DNA of 25,110 bases from Clostridia bacterium (GCA_017549745.1 JAFYUA010000240.1:1-25110); one strand, 5' to 3'; positions 14,741-24,709 are shown, counted from the first letter of the stretch. The notes: generated by a model not told the origin, from the sequence alone. Numbers and translations are program-made.

Positions 14741-15767
14741 GATTTGTGGCACCCCTTTTTAATAGGCTTTTTATATATTTGCAAAGATTTAAAAAATAAA
14801 ATGCTGTTCTGTAATGATTTTTTTTCATAAGTAAAATGGAAATTCGACTTTTGAAAGATATGTTTTCAAACTCGGCACCAAGGATTTTTTCATTGTGCAT
14901 GGAGCTTATGATATTGTGTTTAATTTCTTTGATGCTGCAAAAGTGATTGCCCTGGGCGGCTGCTGCGAGTATGGCAAAGCACATAAAGCAAGAATAACGG
15001 CAAATCTGCTCTTCGATGTCTGCCACTTTGGCAAAATCATTTGCGCTTATTTCATTGATGACATCTTCTATGAGATAGATTTGCTCTGTGTTGAAATCCT
15101 TTGAAATAGAATCCTCTCTCACATTATACAGATACGCCTCTTTTTTGCTTATGTACACACTCTCGGCATGAAGATAGCAAGGTATGACGCAGCATAAATC
15201 CTCACCCAGAGATATCTTTTCGCTCACGGCAAGCTGATGAGGCGTGAGAAGCTCGCGCTTCACTGCCTTACCCGCCAGATAATATGAGATATGGTTCATG
15301 TTTTTGTCCATGAGAAGCCTTGGAAAGATGGTGGCTTCAATGCCTTTTTTGTCATAGAAGCCTTCATCGATGCCATCGTTTGTGACATCGACCGTCTGCC
15401 CGTTTTTGACCCATCTGTATGAAAAAGATACCATTTCGCAATTGGTGTCTTTTATTATATTGTGTGCGCACTCTAAGGTGTCATTTTCGATGAGGTCATC
15501 GGAATCGAGGTTAAACACATAGTCGCCGCCTGCTATTCGTATGCCAGCTCTTCGCGCGCTGGCAAGACCACCGTTTGGCTTGTGGATAACCTTTATGCGA
15601 TTGTCCTTTTGCCTGTAGGCTTCACAGATTTCGCCGCAAGAGTCGGGCGAGCCGTCATCGACTAAGATGAGTTCAAAATCACCAAAGGTCTGACCGAGAA
15701 CGCTCTCGATGCAAGCAGGAAGATATTTTTCGACCCTGTATACGGGTACTATCACAGAAAAAAACAT
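14730..15767 (-). CDS. GT2 family glycosyltransferase (345 aa)
   Basis: SVIVPVYRVE, VDDGSPD, NGGLASARRAG, LDSDD and GED motifs. GAGGAG RBS. Confidence 0.9.
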   Translation of the reverse strand: MFFSVIVPVYRVEKYLPACIESVLGQTFGDFELILVDDGSPDSCGEICEAYRQKDNRIKVIHKPNGGLASARRAGIRIAGGDYVFNLDSDDLIENDTLECAHNIIKDTNCEMVSFSYRWVKNGQTVDVTNDGIDEGFYDKKGIEATIFPRLLMDKNMNHISYYLAGKAVKRELLTPHQLAVSEKISLGEDLCCVIPCYLHAESVYISKKEAYLYNVREDSISKDFNTEQIYLIEDVINEISANDFAKVADIEEQICRYSCFMCFAILAAAAQGNHFCSIKEIKHNIISSMHNEKILGAEFENISFKSRISILLMKKNHYRTAFYFLNLCKYIKSLLKRGATNHES

Positions 15768-15769
15768 TG

Positions 15770-16825
15770 TTATCTCCTCAGTCCCACCAGCACTTTTAAT
15801 AAATAATACAATCTGCGCTTAATCCCATAGGCAAAAAGTCGTTGCTTTAAGGGTAGCTTGCCTATTGGGTATGTATTCATCACTCTCACAGTGAGCGGAT
15901 GGGTGCACACTGCTTTGAGCCTTGCTTTTAAGTGGGCATATTTTATATTGTTGTCGGCAGCATGCATAATCTCCTGAGAGCATAGCACTCTGCAAAGCGC
16001 TTGCCAGAATCTGTCGATGTAAATCTGATATTCTTGTGGGGGTATGTCTTTTTGAAATCTTTTTTCTACCTCGCCCACAAAAATGAGACTTTTTTCAAAT
16101 CGGTCCTTTTTATATGACTTTGAGATGGAATCTTCATTTCGGCAGTAATTATAGAAAGCATGGGCAATTCCTGTGGCCTTGCTTATGCATGATATATAAT
16201 CAATCATAAATAGTGCATCCTCAGAAAGAAACTCCCTTTCGGATTGGAATTTTAGTCCATTGTCTTTTATAATCTGATGTCTGAAAAGATTTTTCCAGAT
16301 GCTCATGCCGTATTTGCTGTCATCTTCATCATCGGGCAAAGCACCCACTATGCCCATTGCGAGCTTTTTGAGCTCGTCGGGAGTTTCAAAATGAGTGTCA
16401 GAATCAAAATAGAGCTTGCTGGTGCAATCACCCTGCTGACTGAACATGTTGCCATCGACAAACACAACGCCTGACATCACAAGGTCAGAGTCATATTTTT
16501 GGGCGGTGTCATACATGATTCGGAGCATGTCACAATCCACAAAATCATCAGAATCGGCAAAGGCGATATATTCACCCGATGCGATTTTGAGCGCGGCATT
16601 TCTTGCCATGCCCGCGCCCTCATTGAACTTGTGAATGACCTTTATGCGAGGGTCTTTGAGCGCAAATTCATCACAAATCTGGGGTGATGAATCAGTGGAG
16701 GCATCGTCGGTGAGGATTATTTCGATATCTTCAAGAGATTGATTGACAAGAGAATTTATGCATCTTTCAAGGTATTTCTCGGCGTTATACACAGGAACAA
16801 TAACGCTGACTTTAGGCTGTGTCAC
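15770..16825 (-). CDS. GT2 family glycosyltransferase (EpsJ/EpsH-like)
   Basis: VSVIVPVYNAE, DDASTD, GAGMARN, FADSDD and SED motifs. Likely GTG start at 16825 behind a GAGGGG RBS. Confidence 0.9.
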   Translation of the reverse strand: MTQPKVSVIVPVYNAEKYLERCINSLVNQSLEDIEIILTDDASTDSSPQICDEFALKDPRIKVIHKFNEGAGMARNAALKIASGEYIAFADSDDFVDCDMLRIMYDTAQKYDSDLVMSGVVFVDGNMFSQQGDCTSKLYFDSDTHFETPDELKKLAMGIVGALPDDEDDSKYGMSIWKNLFRHQIIKDNGLKFQSEREFLSEDALFMIDYISCISKATGIAHAFYNYCRNEDSISKSYKKDRFEKSLIFVGEVEKRFQKDIPPQEYQIYIDRFWQALCRVLCSQEIMHAADNNIKYAHLKARLKAVCTHPLTVRVMNTYPIGKLPLKQRLFAYGIKRRLYYLLKVLVGLRR

Positions 16826-16829
16826 AAGC

Positions 16830-18038
16830 TCACCCCTCAATTAGTTTTTCATATTCTTTGATTAAAATATCGCAATAGGTTTCGACGCTCAGGATAGTTT
16901 CTTTTTCATTTTGGCAGTTTGATTTGAGATTATTGTAATAATCTTCATTTTCTATGGTTTGTCTGAGCTTTTGTGCTATCGCCTCAGGTGAAGCCTCGTC
17001 CACCAAAGTGCCTGTGAAGCCGTCTTTTACAAGCTCTGCCATACCGCCGCTATTCATGGTCACAACAGGCACGCCGAGGCAATGCGCTTCGAGAATAGAA
17101 AGCGGGCAGTTTTCATAGCACACCGACGGCAAAAGAAGCAGCTTTGCTTTTGCCATAAGCTTAGTGAGAGAATCACCTGTGAGAAATCCTGCCAAAGTGA
17201 TGTTGGAAATGCCATGAAGCATAGCTTCGTCGGGACCGCCGCCTGCCACAACAAACGGGATATCGGGGAGCAGCTTTGCAGCTGCAGCAAGATTCTCAAT
17301 GCCTTTTTCTTTGGAAAGCCTGCCCACAAACACGATATAATCCTCGCTATGTGTGCAAGAGGATGAAAATTGCTTTTTGTTGATAAAATTATGTATTGTA
17401 AGTGTTTTGCCACTATAATACTTTTTGGCAGACAAAAGCTTATTTTCAAGAAATCGGCTCGGGCAAACAAACAAATCAACTTTTTTGTAGGTTTTGAGCC
17501 ATGAATACAGCTTTGCTTCTATAGCACCCAAAATGCTTTTGACAGCTGAGTTATGAATGCATTTGTTTTTGATGCAGTTTATATGAAAGCCCCCCACGCA
17601 TTTTTCGCAAGGGGTGTTTTGGTCGAAATTATACATCAGATGATTGGGACAAATCATCTGATAGTCGTGCACAGTCTGCACAAGGGGGATTCCCCTCTTT
17701 TTTATGCCGTATATTATCGATGGAGTAAGCTGGAAGTTGATGTTGTTCATGTGAACTATATCGGGCTTGAAATCATCGATAACCTGCATGATTTTCTTTT
17801 TGGCTTCAAAGGAGTATATTATCTTAAAAGGATATAGAAAACGAGATAATCCCTTTGAGTGAAAATCCATGTTTTGAGTGTATTTGCCCGCGGTGTTTCC
17901 CACAGTGTTTTTGGGGTCATACATGCCGAAATACTCTACCTCGTGGCCAAGCCTTGCAAGATGCTCCCCTAAAGAGAGCATGTAGCTTTCGCTTCCGCCG
18001 CGGGGATAAAGGAATTTATTTACCATCAAAATTTTCAT
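16830..18038 (-). CDS. GT4 family glycosyltransferase (402 aa)
   Basis: KILMVNKFLYPRGG, FVGRLSKEKG and ENCPLSILEA (E-x7-E) motifs. Confidence 0.92.
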   Translation of the reverse strand: MKILMVNKFLYPRGGSESYMLSLGEHLARLGHEVEYFGMYDPKNTVGNTAGKYTQNMDFHSKGLSRFLYPFKIIYSFEAKKKIMQVIDDFKPDIVHMNNINFQLTPSIIYGIKKRGIPLVQTVHDYQMICPNHLMYNFDQNTPCEKCVGGFHINCIKNKCIHNSAVKSILGAIEAKLYSWLKTYKKVDLFVCPSRFLENKLLSAKKYYSGKTLTIHNFINKKQFSSSCTHSEDYIVFVGRLSKEKGIENLAAAAKLLPDIPFVVAGGGPDEAMLHGISNITLAGFLTGDSLTKLMAKAKLLLLPSVCYENCPLSILEAHCLGVPVVTMNSGGMAELVKDGFTGTLVDEASPEAIAQKLRQTIENEDYYNNLKSNCQNEKETILSVETYCDILIKEYEKLIEG

Positions 18039-19342
18039 AGCAGTGAATCACTTTCTTCTTTGGAATTAGCTTTGGAAATGCAACCAAACATTTTGTGCTC
18101 TGTTTCGCGTACACTATCGTCATAGCTGTTGCCTATCATAAGTATGGCAAGCACACAAGTGAGCAGAGGATAGTTCATCGTGTTGTCAGTGGATGATACA
18201 ATTATGAGATACAAGGTGAGCATGAATGAGATTATGGCATCTTCAACCTTACCTTTTCTGCCAAAATATCTGATTCTCACAAGCGTCATTGACGCAAGCC
18301 AGATGATATAACCCCAAAAGCCGAGGTCGATGAAATGCTGAAGAAAGTCGTTGTGCACCGATGCTACTCCCACCGTCATGAAGGTGTTGAGCTGATAGGT
18401 AAGAAAGCCTATGCCGTTGCCCAAAAAGCCTGGATTGAATTCATAGAATTTGTCTACCGCGTTATAGATCTCGACACGGCCGCTTGTGTCTATGCCTGCT
18501 TTTTCAAGAAGCTCAAACGCATCGGCTTTTATGAGAGCAATGTAGCCTATCAAAAGAGCTATAACAACCAGTGTGAACACTGTGACGAGGGTTGAAGCGG
18601 TTTTGGGGTGGTAGTGTGCCACAAATTTTAAAAGATAGCCAAACACCAATGCTATGGCAATGGCTATGATGCCTATTCTTTTGAATGCCGATAAAAAGCA
18701 GAACAGGCTGAGAAAAAGCAGAATAAAATAGACTATGCTTTTCTTTGGTTTATAAAACATATAGATGAGATATGCACCAAGGCAAAAAGCAAGCTCGTGG
18801 ACTTCTGCCTGAACGATGATGTCACCTGTTTCACCTGCAAAGGTGGTTATGAGCGTGATAAACTCTGAAATGTAGCTGCCCAGCCCATGCTCGGCAATGA
18901 TGGTGGCTATCATGAGGAGATTGGCTATGAGAATAGCTATGAGGTTATACCATATACCCTTTGAGCCGAATATATAGAGCATGGCGCCTGCAGCGAGTGC
19001 AAACGAAAACATGTTGACATATATGAACGAGCCCGAAAAGCCTCGGGAAATAACGCCGATGTCTACAGTGTCCACAAACCAGATGAACAACGAAACCACA
19101 GTGGTGACCAAAAGAGGAATGCTATAGATGAATGCTTGCTTAAACGAGGTGATTCCCCTTGCAATGTTGGGCCTATATAAAAACATCACTATAGCAGAGA
19201 AAGCAAGCACGAGGGCAAAGGCATGGCGGTATGTGACATGCAGGCCTACATCGATGTACTGCGTGATGAAATAATACATCATCACGGCTGCAAGCATAAA
19301 ATAAAACACTTTGGCTTTTTCAAGAATTTTATTTTCCACCAT
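18035..19342 (-). CDS. Wzy-like polysaccharide polymerase / O-antigen ligase family protein (435 aa)
   Basis: Ten or more hydrophobic segments, SGRVEIY and HNDFLQHFIDLGFWG (Wzy_C-type motif), located within a GT cluster. Confidence 0.8.
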   Translation of the reverse strand: MVENKILEKAKVFYFMLAAVMMYYFITQYIDVGLHVTYRHAFALVLAFSAIVMFLYRPNIARGITSFKQAFIYSIPLLVTTVVSLFIWFVDTVDIGVISRGFSGSFIYVNMFSFALAAGAMLYIFGSKGIWYNLIAILIANLLMIATIIAEHGLGSYISEFITLITTFAGETGDIIVQAEVHELAFCLGAYLIYMFYKPKKSIVYFILLFLSLFCFLSAFKRIGIIAIAIALVFGYLLKFVAHYHPKTASTLVTVFTLVVIALLIGYIALIKADAFELLEKAGIDTSGRVEIYNAVDKFYEFNPGFLGNGIGFLTYQLNTFMTVGVASVHNDFLQHFIDLGFWGYIIWLASMTLVRIRYFGRKGKVEDAIISFMLTLYLIIVSSTDNTMNYPLLTCVLAILMIGNSYDDSVRETEHKMFGCISKANSKEESDSLL

Positions 19343-19357
19343 GCCTGCCCTCCTTGT

Positions 19358-21205
19358 TTATATATTTGAACTATATGATTTTTTGTTTTTGATTGCTTCT
19401 GAAAGCAGCTTTCTTGCAGTTTTGTTTTCTTTGAATGTTTCGGCAATACCGATTTTGTATTCAATAGCGATATTGCGGTGTTCTTCTCTTTCGTCGAGCC
19501 TTAGTCTGAACAGACGCATAATATCTTCCACGGTGATATAATCAGAATCCTCTGCGAGCATTACAAAGCTGCCGTTGCCGTTGTAGATGTACTCGGTCTT
19601 TGTTTTGCCGAAGGCTTCTTTTATGTAGAAAGTGAACATCTTGATGATTTCGTCGCCAACATCTCTTGAATATTCACCGTTGATGTGCACCAGATTGGCT
19701 ATGTCAACCAGGCAGTACACCGCACCGTCATCGAGAAGCTTTTTGTCTTTGGATTTGAGATATTTATCAAGATATGCCCTGTTGTTGAAGAGCGTGAGGT
19801 GGTCGGTGTAGAAAATATAATTGATGATATCTCCCGTTCTGCCCAAGATGATTGCTCCGCCGCAGCAAAGAACAACAAGGAAGAAAAATGCAATTAAAGT
19901 GTAAAGCGGCACATTAACGCTTTGTTTCACCGATGCTGATGACAACACTGAAATGTAGCTTGCGCCTACATATTTGTTGTATTCATTGTTGGTTTTCATG
20001 GTGGTGTCATAGAGAGCTGACAATTCTTCCAATAGAGCTGCCAGTTCGTCTTCGACTTCTTTTCTTACAGAGGCGTATTGCTCATCACAAAGCTCTGTGC
20101 ATGTGAGATCAGAAGATGCACACTCGCCGCCGCAATTGCCTGTGCAATGATTGAAGGTGTCTATCACATAGGTGCAATATGCCGAATCGATGATTGCGTG
20201 CTCCTTGCTTTCGCGGTGGTCTCTCCAGCTGTAGATAAGCTCGTCATAGGTTACTGTCTGGTCGCCTACATAATCCTGAAGATTGCGCTCGTGGAGATTG
20301 TCTAAAATATACTCATAGGTGATATTGGTGTTGCCCGATTCTCTCATCTTGGTGACATAGGCGTCAATCAATGTGACCACATCTTCAACAATGCCGTCAG
20401 CTTTAGCATTGGAAATGGTGTTGTTGTCTATTCTTGTGGTATAGTCAGAGATGAGCACCGCTTTGTTTTTGGTTATCTGATATTTATATATCTTGGAAAA
20501 CAGTGATGAAACCTTGACCTGTCTGAGATAGTTGAAATCATCGGCAAGCTCACTGAATGACACGCCCGTTTCGGTGGAACGGTAGAAATCGTTTTGGTCT
20601 ATTCGCTGATACAGAGTAGTCAGAGTGCCATCGATGCCAGTGTCGATAAGCTCCATCATCTCCATGAAATCATAGTCGTTTTTGTCGATGTTTTTGATGG
20701 TGTTGTTGGCAGGTGCCACATTGACATATTTCTGACTGAACTGCTCAAAGTACACATCGAGTGTTTCATCGAGAATTGTTCTGGCAAAATCTGCTCCTTC
20801 GCCGCTTGTGGCTGCAAATGAAACTATGAATGTGCTGGGCTCATATATATATTCTTCGCCCTCTTCAAGCTTGGCATCTTTTTGAGCAAGCTTATCTTCG
20901 TCGGCAATTGGAGTTATGTCTATTCTGGAAATAAGACTATCCACAGAATATATGCCCGTGAGCCCCATTTTGTCGACAACCTTTGACATTACAGCCGATG
21001 ACTTGATTTCGTTGACATCGAGCTTGTCGCCTGTGGGTGCAAGACCCTTTTCTGCCTGCTCATCATTGTAGTGAATGACCTCGGATGCAATGTAGGTGTT
21101 GGATGATGAGAGCTTATAATAAATGACATATGTAGCCAAAAGGCAGAAAACTATTATGATTGGCAGAAGCTTTTTGATGTATCTTAGAATCTGAAAATTT
21201 TTCAT
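19358..21205 (-). CDS. polysaccharide co-polymerase-like membrane protein with C-terminal degenerate GGDEF domain (615 aa)
   Basis: N-terminal TM, large helical ectodomain and a second TM (YTLIAFFFLVVLCCGGAIILG). These are followed by YTDHLTLFNNRAY, VDIANLVHINGEYSRDVGDEII and NGNGSF in place of GGDEF. Confidence 0.72.
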   Translation of the reverse strand: MKNFQILRYIKKLLPIIIVFCLLATYVIYYKLSSSNTYIASEVIHYNDEQAEKGLAPTGDKLDVNEIKSSAVMSKVVDKMGLTGIYSVDSLISRIDITPIADEDKLAQKDAKLEEGEEYIYEPSTFIVSFAATSGEGADFARTILDETLDVYFEQFSQKYVNVAPANNTIKNIDKNDYDFMEMMELIDTGIDGTLTTLYQRIDQNDFYRSTETGVSFSELADDFNYLRQVKVSSLFSKIYKYQITKNKAVLISDYTTRIDNNTISNAKADGIVEDVVTLIDAYVTKMRESGNTNITYEYILDNLHERNLQDYVGDQTVTYDELIYSWRDHRESKEHAIIDSAYCTYVIDTFNHCTGNCGGECASSDLTCTELCDEQYASVRKEVEDELAALLEELSALYDTTMKTNNEYNKYVGASYISVLSSASVKQSVNVPLYTLIAFFFLVVLCCGGAIILGRTGDIINYIFYTDHLTLFNNRAYLDKYLKSKDKKLLDDGAVYCLVDIANLVHINGEYSRDVGDEIIKMFTFYIKEAFGKTKTEYIYNGNGSFVMLAEDSDYITVEDIMRLFRLRLDEREEHRNIAIEYKIGIAETFKENKTARKLLSEAIKNKKSYSSNI

Positions 21206-21225
21206 TAGTATTCCCCCCTAACAAT

Positions 21226-22581
21226 TCACACCTTTTTCGGGAATTTTTTGGATATGACTCTCAGCATAAAGGCAGCATATGCAAAGATGGCAAAGAGCAC
21301 AAGGGTTTTGAGCTCATTCATAATCGAAATGCCATAAATGCTCACTGCTATGCACTGATTCATTTTGTGGCTTGAATACTCCCTGCCCGCTTTTATGGCT
21401 TCTTTTTCAAAGCCTTTGATGCTGTCGTAGATTGCATCTGCCATCAAATCAACCGATTCATGAAGACCAGAGTCCTCATTGCCTGCAGACATTTTATCGA
21501 TGAGCAGATTATTATCCATGATTTCTTTTTCGTTGGAGGTTACATAGTCACTGTAGCTTGTGGCAAGCACCGAAAGCTCGTCGATGCCGACCTTGGTTCT
21601 GCCCATGTAATACTTGCCTGCCTCGTCCCATGTGGGCACAAGCACAACTCTTGTCATTTCTTCACTGTACATATCGATTGCCTGATTGCAAAGGTCAAAT
21701 GACACACCGTTTTTCTGACGGTCAAAATCAACATTTTTATTGTGGTGTGACAAGCGGTCAACATAGGCTTCTTTGTCTCTCACAATGCCGTTTTGCAGGA
21801 TAAATGACCTGAAATTCTGATTTATCTGAGTTTCTTTGAATTGGTACACCCTGCCTGCAAGAGAATTGAAGGTGGTGTTGTTTTCGGTGACAAAGCTATT
21901 GTTCTTTTCTGCCATGCCATAGAGATAGTTGAGGATAGACAAGGTCTCTTTGTCGAAATATGCGGCTATGTCCATGTATTCCATCTCGTCAAAATTCGGT
22001 TTTTCGGAGGCGAGGCCGAAATTGTCGGTGTAGTTTTCGATGTAGTATTCCTTATATGCTGAGGTGATGAGCTTGATAACATTTTCTGAATCAAGATGGG
22101 AAGTGTGCTTTGATGCGTGATATTCCACTGCGAACTCTGTGGAAATGTGATACTCTGATTCATCACCCACTCCGCCCTGCACACAAGGATAAACCACGAG
22201 ACAATCTCTGAGCTCTTTGGTGGTCACATCTTTGAGAGCGCCTTTTTCAATGGCTTTGTCGACAACTTCATCACAGATAATCTCTGCCATGTTGTATCTT
22301 GTGCCATTGGAGTTCTGCGCCTGAGACGCTTCGGAATAATTGAGCGAAATGATTGCATGAACTGATTTTTTGAGCTCAAAATGATTGAAAACACCAAATA
22401 CTATGGTGACAACGAAGCACAAAAGTATGAGCCATGCATTGAAATATTGAGTTGTTTTGAAAATCTGTGCTGCTTCTGTACGATTGACATTTTTAAAGCG
22501 AAAATATATTATTGCCGCTGACACGAGAAACAACACACCAATAATTAAAATTATTAATTTTTGAAGCAGTGCCGTAATCAT
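21226..22581 (-). CDS. polysaccharide co-polymerase-like membrane protein (451 aa)
   Basis: Two N-terminal TMs, a helical ectodomain and a C-terminal TM. The ectodomain resembles that of the adjacent gene (LNYSEASQAQNSNGTRYNMAEIICDEVVDK vs YNDEQAEKGLAPTGDKLDVNEIKSSAVMSK). Confidence 0.62.
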   Translation of the reverse strand: MITALLQKLIILIIGVLFLVSAAIIYFRFKNVNRTEAAQIFKTTQYFNAWLILLCFVVTIVFGVFNHFELKKSVHAIISLNYSEASQAQNSNGTRYNMAEIICDEVVDKAIEKGALKDVTTKELRDCLVVYPCVQGGVGDESEYHISTEFAVEYHASKHTSHLDSENVIKLITSAYKEYYIENYTDNFGLASEKPNFDEMEYMDIAAYFDKETLSILNYLYGMAEKNNSFVTENNTTFNSLAGRVYQFKETQINQNFRSFILQNGIVRDKEAYVDRLSHHNKNVDFDRQKNGVSFDLCNQAIDMYSEEMTRVVLVPTWDEAGKYYMGRTKVGIDELSVLATSYSDYVTSNEKEIMDNNLLIDKMSAGNEDSGLHESVDLMADAIYDSIKGFEKEAIKAGREYSSHKMNQCIAVSIYGISIMNELKTLVLFAIFAYAAFMLRVISKKFPKKV

Positions 22582-22602
22582 TTTTCCATCTTCCTCACAA
22601 AA

Positions 22603-23571
22603 TTAAAATTTATTGATGTCGATAACAACCAGTTCGGGCTGATTGTTTATGCGAAGGATATTTTTGTTTTCAAGACCTGAGCTTACTATGAGAGGCTTGC
22701 CCGAGACATCGTATCTGCCATAGACAAGACCGCCGCTTCGCTCGGGGAGTAGCCCGCCCTCGTGAGTGTACAGAGGACCGAGCACAGGCACTCGCATAAC
22801 TCCGCCGTGGGTGTGACCGCAAAGCATCAGATCACCCCAAAAATCGTGGCTGAACTCTTCAAAAATGAAAGGCTCGTGGACTGCTGTTATTTTGAGGTTG
22901 TCTGAATTCTCATAGATATGGTCAAAAAAGCTTTTTTCAGAATATGACCAGAAAGATGACGGATTTGAGTTGAGCACGCCATACACATCAACTGTCATGT
23001 TTTTGACCTCGATGGTGTCTTTTTCGTTTTTGAGCACCTTGATGCCTGCTTTTTCGAGCTTTTGCTCGAATGAATCCTTGATTTCGAGAAGCTTTGTTTC
23101 GTCGCGGTTGGCTTTGGTAAAGCCAAAATGCTCGTCAAGCTCTTTTTCGTTGAGTGGGAAATCATAGATGCTTTCCACTTCATTGTTGCCATACACATAA
23201 TATGACGGAGCAATCTTTGAAAGCTTGCGCCCCAAATCAGCTGCAAAGTCGGCATCGTCGGTTGCTGAGTTCACCATGTCGCCTGTGCAGATGATGACAT
23301 CGGGCTTTAGCTCTTCAACGCGCGCGATAAGCTTTTGGTTGTCATCGCCATACAGGCAGCTGTGCAAATCGGAAAGCTGAATAACACGAAGTGGACTGTC
23401 TGCCTTGATGCTGCTTACATTGTAGAAGGTTTCTCTGAAATTTCTGTTGCCAATGTAGCTGCACAATACAATCACAATGGCGGTTGCAAGGCACACAAAA
23501 ATCATGCCGAAGGCAAAAAACTTTGCTGCCCTGATATTCTTTTTTGCTTTGGGACTCAAAAATTTATCCAT
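22603..23571 (-). CDS. membrane-anchored calcineurin-like metallophosphoesterase (YkuE-like)
   Basis: SDLH, TGDMV, GNNE, HEP and GHTHGG motifs and an N-terminal TM. Likely start is ATG 23571 (AAAGGT RBS) rather than 23628. Confidence 0.85.
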   Translation of the reverse strand: MDKFLSPKAKKNIRAAKFFAFGMIFVCLATAIVIVLCSYIGNRNFRETFYNVSSIKADSPLRVIQLSDLHSCLYGDDNQKLIARVEELKPDVIICTGDMVNSATDDADFAADLGRKLSKIAPSYYVYGNNEVESIYDFPLNEKELDEHFGFTKANRDETKLLEIKDSFEQKLEKAGIKVLKNEKDTIEVKNMTVDVYGVLNSNPSSFWSYSEKSFFDHIYENSDNLKITAVHEPFIFEEFSHDFWGDLMLCGHTHGGVMRVPVLGPLYTHEGGLLPERSGGLVYGRYDVSGKPLIVSSGLENKNILRINNQPELVVIDINKF

Positions 23572-23590
23572 ACTAAACAAACCTTTTCTG

Positions 23591-24709
23591 TTATTTTTTG
23601 TAAAGCTCGCTTGTTGCCTTGGCAACATCGTGCCAGCTGTATTTGTTTAAAATAAATTCGTCTGCACCGATGCGCAGATTCTGCACAAGTGCGCTGTCGT
23701 CACACAGGGTCTGCAGCTTGCGGGCAAGGTCATCTATATTGCTCTTTTTGAAATACATTGCCTTGTGTTCTGCAACCGATGTGTTTTCGGGAATGTCTGA
23801 ACACAAAAGTGCATTTTGATATGCAAGAGCCTCTAAAAGACACAACGACATTCCCTCAAGGTCAGACGGCAGCACTGATATGTAGGCATTTGAATATATC
23901 TCGCAAAGAAGGTCGCCCGATACAAAGCCTGTGAATATGATGTTGGGATTGTCTTTGGCTTTTTCTTTGAGCATTGCTACATAATCGTCGGTATCGCTGG
24001 TGTCGCCTGCGATGACGAGTTTTTTGTCGGTGGTTATCTGGTTGTATGCATCAATAAGGTAGTGAATACCCTTTTCGGCGGTGAGCCTTGATACAACCGA
24101 TATATAGCCATCTTTTTCAAGGCCGTATTTTTCACATATGAGATTTGCCTCTTTGCGTTCGGGGCGGTTGATGCCATTGTGAATGATTACTGTGTCGCGA
24201 TTGTAGGTCTCTTTGAAATAATCGTGGGCAGCTTGGCTGAGCACGATGACCTCATCGGCATATTTGGCAAGAATTTTTTCGCCGAATTTTATGTACTTTG
24301 ATGCAAAGCCTTTGCCCCATTTTTCTCTCTGCCAGTCAAGCCCGTGGACAGTTGCCACACATTTTTTGCCGAATAGCTTGGGAATCCACAATGCCGCACA
24401 CGGGCCCTCAGCATGAAAATGAACAACATCATAATTACCAAATGCCGCCGCGATAGCCGCCGTGAACGAAGCTATCATTGCAGCAAATCCGCGCACATCA
24501 ACCGTGGGCGCTTTTTTGAGCTTTACGCCCTTGTACATTTTGTTTGTCACAGTGCCCACATATTCATTTTCGACCTTATCGGACGAACGGTTATAGCAAG
24601 TGACATCAAGCCCCAATTCAACCAGCATGGGGCAAAGTGTGGTGAGCACATTCTCTATGCCGCCGCGTCTTGACGGAACAACCTTATGACCAATCATGGC
24701 AACTTTCAT
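23591..24709 (-). CDS. GT4 family glycosyltransferase
   Basis: MKVAMIGHK-x2-PSRRGGIE, HFHAEGP, SRLTAEKG and EGMSLCLLEA motifs. Likely start is ATG 24709 behind GGAG; the track's extension to 24835 overlaps the upstream gene. Confidence 0.92.
   Translation of the reverse strand: MKVAMIGHKVVPSRRGGIENVLTTLCPMLVELGLDVTCYNRSSDKVENEYVGTVTNKMYKGVKLKKAPTVDVRGFAAMIASFTAAIAAAFGNYDVVHFHAEGPCAALWIPKLFGKKCVATVHGLDWQREKWGKGFASKYIKFGEKILAKYADEVIVLSQAAHDYFKETYNRDTVIIHNGINRPERKEANLICEKYGLEKDGYISVVSRLTAEKGIHYLIDAYNQITTDKKLVIAGDTSDTDDYVAMLKEKAKDNPNIIFTGFVSGDLLCEIYSNAYISVLPSDLEGMSLCLLEALAYQNALLCSDIPENTSVAEHKAMYFKKSNIDDLARKLQTLCDDSALVQNLRIGADEFILNKYSWHDVAKATSELYKK

Noticed and set aside
11420-24673. Numerous 60-170 aa overlapping ORFs across the EPS cluster
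   Set aside because: All lie within or antisense to well-supported genes and show no recognisable motifs.
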